Below are positions 9,921-21,060 of a stretch of 64,000 nt of DNA, piece by piece (within the stretch, counting starts at the first letter, position 1; every line of letters begins with the position of its first letter). The position numbers and the translations under genes were made by a program. The DNA is from the human T2T-CHM13v2.0 reference genome, Homo sapiens, in assembly GCF_009914755.1 (NCBI RefSeq), contig NC_060929.1, one strand, 5' to 3'. Below the pieces are notes generated by a model, which did no database searches, was not told the DNA's origin, and saw nothing but the letters and a program-made list of their open reading frames with translations.

Positions 9921-12900
9921 CACAGTGATCCAGGGTCCCTCTTTTATGTTTACAAACAAGCTATTCAAATGTCTGAAAGTAAGGATTGCATGTGAATTGG
10001 GGTAAACTGACACACAGTAGGGGTGATATTGTATTGCAAGTAGTTAAGGTCGAGTTTGCATGTTTGGGTTTCAGTAGTTGGATCAAAGTTGGTTGGAAGC
10101 CCCTTAGCTCTCAGCTATGATAATGCTACTGGTTTTGTGAAAATGAGATGCTGTTCTCTGTCCTGCCCCTCTCTTTCCTTCCCCCAGTCTCTTTCTTGCC
10201 ATACCCCACCCATCCACCCACCCCAAATAGGAAGAGGGTCTTGCTTAAAATGGCTTTTGATTCAGAGTCACTATTTTATTTTCTTAGAATACGTGATTTA
10301 TACCAAAGTCTCCTGCTTGGGATTGTTGAAATGACCCATATGTCAAATATATAAGCTCTTGGTAAGAGAGACTTTCTGCCTAGCCAGTGAGGTATGACCA
10401 TTATTTACCAGTGGCGGCTGTCAGCCGATTGAGAAATGCTGCTCTATTTGTGCAGAAGGAACAGGCCTAGAGAAGAGAGTATGCTCTGCAATTCCCAGAC
10501 TAGTCGGTGTATGCATTTTCTTGCCTCTTCTCCCCTCTCCCACCTCCGCTTCGTCCCTTGCCCAAGTCCAATTTCAAAAATCTTGGGAAGCATGACTGGC
10601 TATGGAGAGAAACATGGCATATATACTGTTGGGAAACCACCTTTTATGGGATGGGGTAGCAGGTCATGTGCTTTGCTGGACCCATCAGCTATCAGGGTTA
10701 CGGGCATGCTCTCTGGGACAGACTATTCCTCCCCTGGCATTTAGCAATAGTTCAAGTGCAAGAGCCAGAACCCTGGAAAAGATAAATGGCACTGCCCGAA
10801 ATCGGGCTTCTTGGTGCTTCTTCATTTGCTGGCATTGAATTAGGATTTGGGGCTCCACCCTGTTCCCCCTCCTCCCTTTACCCCACCCCAGGATGATGCT
10901 TTGACTCTGGAAACTGCATTGATTTGTATGCGCGAGTGTAATGCCATTTTCAGTACCTGACAATTCTTATTATGAAAGCTAAAGTACCCTAATTGTGTGT
11001 CATGTGGCGTACCCCTCCAGGCTCGATAGGGTGAGGTGGAGGCTGTGCCCCCCAGCTCTCAAGTCACTTTCACCCTCTGCAAACCTGCCTCAAGTCTGGA
11101 AGCCAGCCTCAATTAGGCTTTTGTTTGGCTTGGTTCTACATAACGGGTTAATTACAGGCTCTAACGTGGGGGCAGAGAGAAAACAAACTTTGCATTGAAA
11201 ATGTTACAGTGCATTAGACATGCCCGTTGATTACTTTGATTGTTGTGTCTAATTCTTGACAGAGGGGTAATAATTTGGCTGGTGGCAATAATGGCTTGCA
11301 GTCTTCTGCTGAGAAAAACAGAAGTTATGTCTTATCTCACACGGATCTTCTCCGGGAAAGGTTTTTTTGTTGTTGTTTGTTTGTTTTGTTTTGTTTTGTT
11401 TTTCACTCGGATCTCCCTCCTCTAATCTCTTGCCAAGGGACTTTACTCTTTTAGCTTCCCATTCACTATTTCTATTGGTCTCTTTTTTCCTTTTTCCTCA
11501 CCATCATAGCTGAAATGGCAACTAATATGCATGTGTAAGGATGGCAGGTTCAACATGAATATTGGTGTCATGCCTGCAAAGTTACTGAGAGTCCAAGCCT
11601 TCCTTACTTGGAAAACACTGGACCCACTTCCCCAGCCGTAGCCTCTGGTGGACTCAAAAATGTTAGGGACTAGAGATGGAAAACACTTTATTTAGGATTT
11701 GAATGCAATAGAGAGACTTAAGTGAGGCACCCATCTTTGAGAATCTTTTTCCTCCTCGAATTGATGAATTGATTTCTAAGATTAAGAATATGTTTGCATG
11801 TTTGGGTGGGGGGCGTTGATGTTTTACATACATAGATGTCAGTATTCTGAAGTCCATCGCTTGAATTTAAGCACAATAATTTAGGGAGGGGGTGATGAAT
11901 GATTTGGTTTCACTTGCTAGATTCAAGATATTTGTTGCCTGATGGCTGAGAATGGATTGATGGGTCAATAGCATTCTAGTTCTTTTATTATTTATACGAA
12001 GGTGTGTCTTCCCCTTTTAGACTCCTCAGCCTGCACTCTAAAATGTGTAGCTGAAATGTCATTTTGTTTGCAAATCATCTCTTGCATACTTTTCTCTGCA
12101 CACCTCTGGAGACTGAGTTTTGAGCTCTGCTCTTGTAATGAAATTCCTCTTGTTCGTTATTATCTTTAATCGTCCCTCCCTTATTACTCTGAATTCTTCC
12201 TTCTGGACATTATGACTCATTTCCTCCAGCTTCTGCAAGCTAAAATTTAATGCAGCTAAAAAACATCTAGTATGCTCCCCTTAAATCAGAAAATTCATAT
12301 CAATATACATAGTCTTAAAGTCAGGATATTGTTTCCCCTGTAGTTTCAGCGCAATGCTATCTTCCATTTCAGCCTATTTTCCCTCTATCCCATTCATCAA
12401 ATGAACTTGGGTTTTCTTACAAATCAAAAAAGTTCTTTTCTAAGTTAGAAGCATGTTTGAAGATTTTTTTCTCCTTTGAAACAAGGTTTCTGGTTATTTG
12501 TAATTCTGTGTGTACCCACTTGCCCATTGACGACTTGCTTGGAGTTCACGATTAAATAGATGACTTTGTGATGCTTGGCTGCTATTCACCCTGATCAACT
12601 TGTTAAACTCATAATGTTGACCTCTTTTCTGGTGTATCTTATCCTTTTGAGACTAGCTAAAAAGACAATGTGCTTTCAGGTTACGTTGGAAGTACCTTGT
12701 ATTTCCCTAGCACCTTGAATTTTAAGCCATAAGATCTATCTCATGAAATGTAACTGTTGTAAAATCCCATGTGGCTTTACTTAGCGTTTTCTTTTTTCTA
12801 AAAAAAAAAAAAAAAAAAAGTTTAAAGAGTTAAGTTTGGATGGCACCCAGCCACTTTGGGTTTTTAATCTCATTCCTAATACGAGTGAACTGTCTAAGCA

Positions 12901-14049
12901 GAAAGTACTTCTTTTCTTATTTGTAAAGTTCAGTTTAGTCAACTTTTGTAAATGAGATTCATCATCCAAATGATGCCTGAGTTCTATTTCTTTAGGAATA
13001 TTTACTTCCTTTTCACTAATCAACAATTAAAGATTTACGTCGCAACAGGGCAAATTGTTTTTCTTGGGGGTGGGGCACAAGAAGAAAAAAGGAGGGAGCA
13101 ATTTTTGTGTATTTATTTTAAAAATGTTCTCTTAAAAAAACGGCCCCACATCTTGAATTCTCAATAACTATTTACAATAAAAAGTAACTTGTACAGTGTG
13201 AGTTGGTATTTTTAAACTAAAACGCAAGGAGTTAATTCAAGGCTCTGGCAGCCGATTTTGTTTACTGATCTTTTCTGATTGTTGTTTTCTTGATAATGGA
13301 GCAAGCCACTGAATGGCTGTTTGAGCCCAGGCGCCACAAACATAAACTTCACAGCTTACAATGTCCCAAGCCGTGATGGAGGATCTCTCCACACCTCCCA
13401 GAGACTTCTGAAGTGTAGACAGAGAAGTTGGTTCACAGGGAGCGAAGGAGGGGGAGGGGCGGCAGGGAAGGCTGCTGAGTGTTTGCTGTGAGCATTGTTA
13501 CTATCACATCCTTTAATTTTTATGGTATTTAAGCTGTTGGCTCCAAGAAGCCAGTTTCTCTGTCTCGAGGAAGCCAGTCTCTTCCCGGAACTGCACTTAG
13601 GACTCCTTGATTCTAATTTCTAAAAATTTATTTTGCAAATCTTTCTGCTTAATTATCTGTCCGCAAGAGCGCTCAGCATTGAGAAGCAAAAGATTCTAAA
13701 AAGAAAATTATATATATGTATGTGTGGGCATACATGCATATATACATACATATATAATATACACATACCTATATGTAATTTTCTTTATATCATTTATATG
13801 TGTATGTATACACACACACAGCCCCCAAAAGAGACCACCTGGATTTGGAAGAAAGATGTATGGTAAGATTGCTTTTTGCCAGGTTGGGAGGAAAGACACA
13901 TTGATTCTCCCTTTCCGAAGCCATGTAAGATTCTACTTAGCCTTAGAACTGCTTATTCCTTGCCTGGGATCCTCTTTCCATTACATTGATCAAAAGTTAG
14001 TGTTCATTTTGAAGTGATGTTATTTGTGGATTTGACCGAGTTAGCTACT

Positions 14050-15080
14050 TAATTTTGCGCGTTGTCCCATTGGTTCTACCCCCAGGTGCGTTGCCCACGT
14101 CCAGCGGGCAGGGCAGCGCAGCGCCTGTCTGCACTCAGGTTAGGGGTGGGAAGTGCTGGGAATGGGGGACCCGGACACTGGTCTAACCAGCCCCGCCACT
14201 CCCGCGGGCAAGTCAGCCCTTGATCCTTTAAAGCAGGGACAATCGACGTGGTCCGAGAGAGGAAAATAAGGGTATTTCTGGGCCCTTCTCTTTCAGGAGT
14301 TGATCAGGTTGGCAGATCTGGAGGGCTAATCCAAACAAGGCGCTTGACTTGTGAGGTCGCGAGTCTAGACAGAGCTGGTGGCTCGGCGGCTCCTTATCTT
14401 TCCCTGGAATCAGCCGAAGAGGCGCTCCCCGGCCCACTCCGCTCGGCTCGCCCGGGTCCGGAGCCACCGCTCGACGCAGACGGCACAACAAACAGCACCT
14501 GAGGCTTTATAGCTCGCTTTATTGTTTAATGGAGAATGCGGCATAACATTCATTTGTCTTCTTGGTTCCGCGACCTGGCCGCTTTGCAGCCACAGACGCT
14601 GGGTACGGGCGTGCGCCAGCGCCCGGCCGTTATGGTCCCCATGTTGAGCAGCGCCGGGCGTTCCGCTTCGGCATCGCGCGTGTAAGCGCGCACGGCTCTG
14701 TCCGTGCGCCCTCAGGCCCCTGGAGAGGTACCCAGCTGCAGCCCCTTTCTTGCTTCCAAAGCCCGGAGGCGGAAGGGTGGAGGGACAGTGAAAGAAAGCT
14801 TAGGCGAGGTGTCTTTGACTAATCCAGTATCTCCTCTTGCTGCTTGGAAATGACAGTTTTGCGCCAAAGCCATTTATGGTTCGCAGGGTCAGTGGGCTCT
14901 GACTCAAGGGCAATCAATAAAATATTTAGTTCAGTAATAAGCTGAGTTTTTTTCCCGAATGTACCGAGAAGGATGTGTCACCATCTTGGACAAGGTGTCA
15001 CTGCGTAGCCGATCGCCCTTTCCCCACTAATGTAAACAAGTGGCGTGACTTTCCAGTGTTTTCGTGACCACTTCACGGGA
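14050..15080. promoter_or_regulatory. Orphan CpG island about 4-5 kb downstream of the ISL1 3' end
   Basis: Dense CpGs and high GC with no credible coding exon. Confidence 0.75.
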
Positions 15081-15368
15081 CACATCATGGAAGCCTTGGT
15101 CCTCCCTAACAGGCTGCCACCACAAAGAGAATGGCAGTGTTATCCACTTGGGACCAAGGGAACTATTGGGACAGATTTTGTAAAGCCCTTTTTGGAGGAG
15201 CCAATAGCTGGGCTTGGAGATTTATAGTCAAGGATTTTGTGGCTCGAATTCCAAATTAATTGAGATTAAGTTGTTTATAATTTTGGCCCTTCCCTATGGG
15301 ATTTGTTTTTTCTTGTTTCAAGAAAAGGGGGTTTCTAGTTACATCTTAGAACTGACTATTCTAGTTTA

Positions 15369-15371
<3 letters not shown>

Positions 15372-15412
<41 letters not shown>

Positions 15413-15421
15413 CGCGCGCGC
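15372..15421. repeat. Compound (GT)16(CG)8 alternating purine-pyrimidine repeat
   Basis: Seen directly. Confidence 0.95.
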
Positions 15422-18129
15422 CAGATAGAAAGAGAGAGATTGGAATAGAATAGGTACTACTGCCTCTGTCTGAAAACTACCTATAGATGTAGGTGAGAGT
15501 AATTTGGTTATGTGCCTAACGTGGTGTTAATGCAAACACCACATTTCCCAGGTTTGGTGACAGCGAAAATCCACATCTTCGTGTTTTCCCTGCCTGTTTT
15601 CTGTGTCACAGCTGTGTGTCACCAAGAAAAAAAACAACAAAACAAGGCAAAACACAAGTTTTGTGAAATTGAAGAATATCTGTAGGGAGATTTATTATCA
15701 TTATTTCTTTCTCCAGAAAACAATCCTTAGCAATAACTCAGGCACAGACTTTTCTTTTTCTCATGGGTAAAGGTTACTGTTTATTTTGACCTGTCACAAA
15801 TACAATGTGTTGTTTGAAACATGTTAAAGTTAGCAGGTATGTAGAGATAATACTAGACAGGCCACTGAATATGATAAAGTAAAATATGGTGGGAATTAAC
15901 TTTTAAAGGCTATGAAAGATTTTACTTTTTTCTAATAGCTTTTTAATTAATATTCTTTCAAAAAGTATTAACTATTTTCTCAGAGTTCTGTAATAAAAAA
16001 ACAGTAAACTTGTTCAATGCACAGTAAAGATATGATTTGCAAAATGTTACTTGTGCAGGTTCTATTCTGTGATTTTTTTGCTGATTTTAATTACTCATAT
16101 TCTCGTTTAGTTTTAAATAAGTTTTCTTTCCCTCCATAAAAAAAAAAAATTGCCCACACCTAGGTAAAGACATGTTTTGTCTTAAAATTTTCAATTCTTA
16201 TTTATTAGAACAACTATTAATTTGGTTTATTAATTATAAACAGGAGGTTTACTCTACAAATAGGTTTAACAAAAAAAAAATTTATCCCTGATTTTTGGAA
16301 GGATTAGGAGGAAACAGAAAAAAAATGAATGAGATTTGTAAAAAGAATATATACTTTGAAACAGTGTATTTTAAGTATGGAAAAACTTTTGGGCCCAAGT
16401 AGTAAAAATCTCATATTAAACTCTAAAAGTATAACTGATGGTTATTTAAATTTTTATTTCAGTAGTCCAAGAATTTTTGTTATAGGAGATCAGTTCTCAA
16501 AAAGAAATAGTTGAAATAAAAATAGGCTGGCAACCTAAAAAGCAGTGTTTCATTTACCAAAAAAATGAGTTATTTTGTTTTTAAAATACAGCAGTTCACT
16601 TTCACTAACATGGAACGGCTGATATCTGAAAAGATTACATGTGAAAAATATGGATTAGCAGTTTCTGAAGAATAACACTTTTTAGTAAATTCTGAAATAA
16701 TTCATTTACTTTCCTCCATAACATATGGAGATATTTTGGAGATCGCTACTTAGAATTCTGTTTTTGTATCAAAGCACATTTCATATTTTAAGACTATGAT
16801 GTATTCTTAAAATCTTCGCAACTTCAAAGGCACTAGTCACGTTAACAGTTTATACATGGGCAAATATCTATCTATTTACTAGAAGTTGAACACTTGGGTG
16901 AAGGACGCTTTACTGCCGATAAAAACTTACCTTTTAGTTCTGTTATCCCATCAGGATGGACTCATAAGTCTCATTAATGTTAATGGAAAATGTCCTTGTC
17001 TGTCATGTGGAAAAAAGGGCTTGGAGATATTTCAACCAGCAATTTCTTTGTAGCAAGTATGCTAGGGCTAAAACCACCTAAGAAGTAATTTTGATCCCAT
17101 CTAGGCCCTGGAAATATGTTGTCTAATAAATGAAAATAAGCATGTGAAATGGTAGGATTAGAATTGACTTTAAAGACAAATGCATTATAGAAGGGGAAAA
17201 AAAGGCCTGAAAATATTTTTCTCATACTTCCGAATTTTAGGAGTAATCCCTTAGTTAACTGACAGTTCAGAAATACTGCTGCTAGGTAGGTGATATAACT
17301 TCTCTGCTACCGAGATCTAGAACCAAAGTTGCTCTATACTGCTTACTTACCACATAGGAAGTTGTTTGTATTCAACTATTTACTGGAATTTGAGTGATGC
17401 TTTGTTTATGTTTTCATTTTGTAATAGTGATAAATTACATGAAATCAATCTCGTGGATAAATATATGCATTCCTAATGTGTATTGTGGCAGCCTTTGGCT
17501 GTGGTCTAGAGTTTTCTCTAGGGCAAAGCTAAGTCTCTGGTATTGGACTAGATTCTCTAACATTATAGAACTGAGAGTGATAGTCCAAGATTATAAATGA
17601 TGAATGTTGTTCACATTCAATATTGTTTTGGTTATTCAAGCTAAAATATTCTAGAAGCACTACGTAGACTGTTTTAATTCTTCTTTATAGGGAACATTAA
17701 GAAAGGAGTCAGTTTCTTCTAGAGTGAGAGGTGCATAGTGGTTGTTTCTGCCATGGCGTAACACTTTTCTATCTGTAAAGCACTTCACAGTCATCAGTTA
17801 TGCATGAGAGCCACCAGAGCCCGTTTTCCTAATGACCTCTGTACCTGTTTTTCAGAACAACTCTCAGTTCCCTTGTTTTTCCTTCATATGTGTAATAGCA
17901 GAACTTCAAAGAAGTCCTTGGTGACTCGAGTGAGGACTATTTTAGATCAGATAATGAAAATTATTTTACCAACATTTTCAGTGATTTCTAGTCTTCTTAC
18001 TTCTAGGAAGTGAGGAAAGAAGATGACGGGGAAAGGGGTGGGTGCCAAAAACTGTAGCAAAACTATAATTTATCACCTTAAAGCAGTGGCTCCCAAACCT
18101 GCTTTACACTCTTAGAAATTATTGAGGAC

Positions 18130-18292
18130 AAAAACGGAACATGGGAAGGGACAAATAAGGGAATAAAAGCTGGCCATCCCAGCCAGCAGTGGCAACCCGC
18201 TCGGGTCCCCTTCCATGCTGTGGAAGCTTTGTCCTTTTGCTCTTCACAATAAACCTTGCTACTGCTCAAAAAAAAAAAAAAAGGAAAAAGAA
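18130..18292 (+). mobile_element. LTR12 (ERV9) U3-R fragment with poly(A) tail, flanked by a 16-bp TSD
   Basis: GGGAATAAAAGCTGGCC...GGCAACCCGCTCGGGTCCCCTTCCATGCTGTGGAAGCTTTG...CAATAAACCTTGCTACTGCTC followed by an A tail. TSD AGAAATTATTGAGGAC at 18114-18129 and 18293-18308. Confidence 0.8.
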
Positions 18293-18642
18293 AGAAATTA
18301 TTGAGGACCTCAAAGGTTTCATTTATGGGAGTTATATCTATGAGTAGGTACCATATAATATATTAAAAATAATTTACAAATATTAATTCATTAAAAATAA
18401 CACTACATGTTAATGTAAACAACGTTTTAATAAAAATAACCATAGTTTAACAAAACAAAAAATTTAATGTGAAGAATGGAATTATATCAGTTTTTGTAAA
18501 TCTTTGAAATATCCGGCTCAAATGAAGACAATTGAATTCTTGTATCTGCTTCCTCATTCAAACTATAGTGATATCATGTAGCCTCTGAAACTCCAGGTTC
18601 ACTTGTGAAAGAATGAAAGTAAAAAGGCAAATGAGGTCTTAA

Positions 18643-18933
18643 CTTTTTTTCTTTTTCTTTGAGACAGTGTCTCACTCTGTCACCCAGGCTGGAGTGCAGT
18701 GACATGATGTCGGCTACTGACCTCTCCCGGGTTCAAGCTATTCTCCTGCCTCAGCCTCCCACGTAGCTGGGATTACAGATGCCCACCACCATGCTTGACT
18801 AAGTTTTGTATTTTAGTAGAAACAGGGTTTTGCTATGTTAGCCAGGCTGATCTTGAACTCCTGGCCTCAAGTGATCCACCCACCTTGGCCTCCAAAGTGC
18901 TGGGATTGCAAGCATGAGCCACCAGGCCTGGCC
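18643..18933 (-). mobile_element. Alu (older subfamily)
   Basis: T-rich tail then gagacagtgtctcactctgtcacccaggctggagtgcagt...ccaccaggcctggcc. Confidence 0.95.
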
Positions 18934-19664
18934 CAACATTATCCTGAAAAGAGTTTTGACCTCACAGACTCCCTGAAAAGATTTTGGGAACATCTTCTTA
19001 GAGTTCCCCAGAGCACATATTGAGAACCATTGCCTTAAAAAATGGGCTTTTGCAAAATGATTACAGAGAAACTATTGCTTGAGGAAATTTATAATAACTG
19101 CTTGTATTAATGCTCTGGTGATATAGATTTGTTTTTTACATCAAATCTAGGTTGCAGTTTTATTTTGTGACTTTTCAATTACATTATCAAACACTGTTCC
19201 GAAAGCCCCTTATATACAGGGCCTTGAAGAAAAATGTACGGTGATGTCATATAACTGAAAATTTAAGTCTCCACTTTAAGAAACTCTAGGAGAGAAAGCC
19301 ACATGAACATTGGCTAGTGTACGTAAAATGTGCTGGACTTTAAAAATTTTTAGAGCCTAACTTTGTGAAGTTGTGGAGGATATCAGCACTGAAGAGAATT
19401 TTGAAATCCATCCCAAATAATTTGAACTTGTCATAAGTAGGAATTGCTAGCCACAGGATTTTGAGACCAGGAATTAAAAGTCATAGTTATAATTTGGAAA
19501 AGTCATTTGGCTTTTGAAATGAGATAGGGTGGTAAGATGAAAGACTGAAGGCCAGGAAAATAACAAGTCAAGGATCCTAGTGGTTCAGGCAGGGAGTGGC
19601 ATGAAGAGAAAGGAAGAAATTGATCTGTGACAAATTCCAAGGAACTTACTCATATGGGGAGTCT

Positions 19665-20125
19665 GGTAGTTGTGCATCAGAATTTATTTTTCCCTTCTTT
19701 GTAAGCATATGGATAGGCTGCGTATGCCAGGCTCCCTTACAGTTAGTTGGGTGGATCACATGACTACATATTGCTAATGGAATCTAAACAGATTTGTTTT
19801 TTGATGTAAAAAACAAACCTAAATCACTAGAGCATTAATACAACAGAAGTACTGTGGGTCATTCTAGGCTTAGACCTTGAGATAGTGAGTATGCTTCCTT
19901 TATGCTGTCTTTTTCCATCCAACTAGCTGGTACTCACAAAGGTATACATATAGAAAAGCAACATGACAGAAATAACCAATGTCCCAGATAACGTCAGGGA
20001 GTGGAGCTGCCTGCAACTTGAAACATTCAGCTCAAACTGTAAAGGAGAAATAAATGTTTTAGTTTCTTTAAGCCACTGAATTATTGTGTCTTATTTGTTG
20101 CATTTCCCTAGCCTAGACTAAGCCA
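19665..20125 (+). mobile_element. Probable MLT1 (MaLR) LTR relic
   Basis: MLT1-like 3' end: gagaaataaatgtt...tttaagccactgaatt...ctagcctagactaa. Confidence 0.5.
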
Positions 20126-20199
20126 GATATAGACTAGAGCATTAAGGCAGCATTAAGAAGTCAAGGATGACTGAGGTTCCGAATCTGAATTACAGCATC

Positions 20200-21060
20200 T
20201 GAAGGAAATGTGCATTTACTCACTTACTCACTGTTTCATTAATCCATTCAAATTTTTCTCTAGTGTTTACTATGTGTCATGCACTATTCTATGTGCTAGT
20301 TATGTAGAAGTGAACAAAACAGAGTTCTGCCTTCATGGAGCTTACATTTTTGTGGTGCATTCAAAGAACATACAAATAAGTGCATACTATAATGAAGGCA
20401 CGGATAGACACTATAAAGAAAAATCACCCAGAGAAAGGGGATGGAGAAATTGATATCAAGCAATGCTTCTTTGAGGAGGTGACCTTTGAAAAGGTGGCGA
20501 ATGCTCAAAAAAAGTGAAAATGAGATAAATGTATATGCATAAATTGTATTAATATATTGAAGCTGTGTGTTTGAGTTTTGATATACCCTTGTTGTATCTA
20601 ACACTGTACATAAAGAAATAGATCAGTGTTAGGTATCTGGAAGTTATTCTCTTGTATAACTTAGTGAAAATAAAAGAATCTGTGAAGAGTTTTAAAAAGC
20701 AGGAAGACACAAATAATATAGTAATTCATCAAAGATACATTGGAAAAAAAGTGACTGGAAAGGTATAAGAAAAAAAAGAAAGACATAAATGTGAGAAATA
20801 AGTGAAGAGATCAGGGTGGTGATGAGGAAAAATAAAAGACAATAGAAATGTCTCCGGAACTGAAGCCAGAAGTCTTCAAAGGGGCAGGTATGAAAAGCTG
20901 TGCCCCATACATCAGAAAGATCAAGGAAGATAAGGACAGAGAAAATGCCTTTGAACTTGGCTGAATGGAGGTCATTGGATACCATAAAGAGGCAAAGATG
21001 GAAGCCAGATTTAGGAGGGGAATTAGGGAGAAAATATTTTAAATATAGTTCTTCTAACTC
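20200..21060. mobile_element. Degraded L2 fragments
   Basis: cattcaaattt...tactatgtgtca...cttcatggagcttacatt and gaaagatcaaggaagataaggacagagaaaatgcc motifs typical of L2. Confidence 0.55.

Larger units (their letters stand above)
18084..19032. mobile_element. hAT-Charlie type non-autonomous DNA transposon, interrupted by two later insertions
   Basis: Terminal inverted repeats CAGTGGCTCCCAA...TTGAGAACCATTG. 8-bp TSD CCTTAAAG/CCTTAAAA at 18076-18083 and 19033-19040. Confidence 0.75.
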
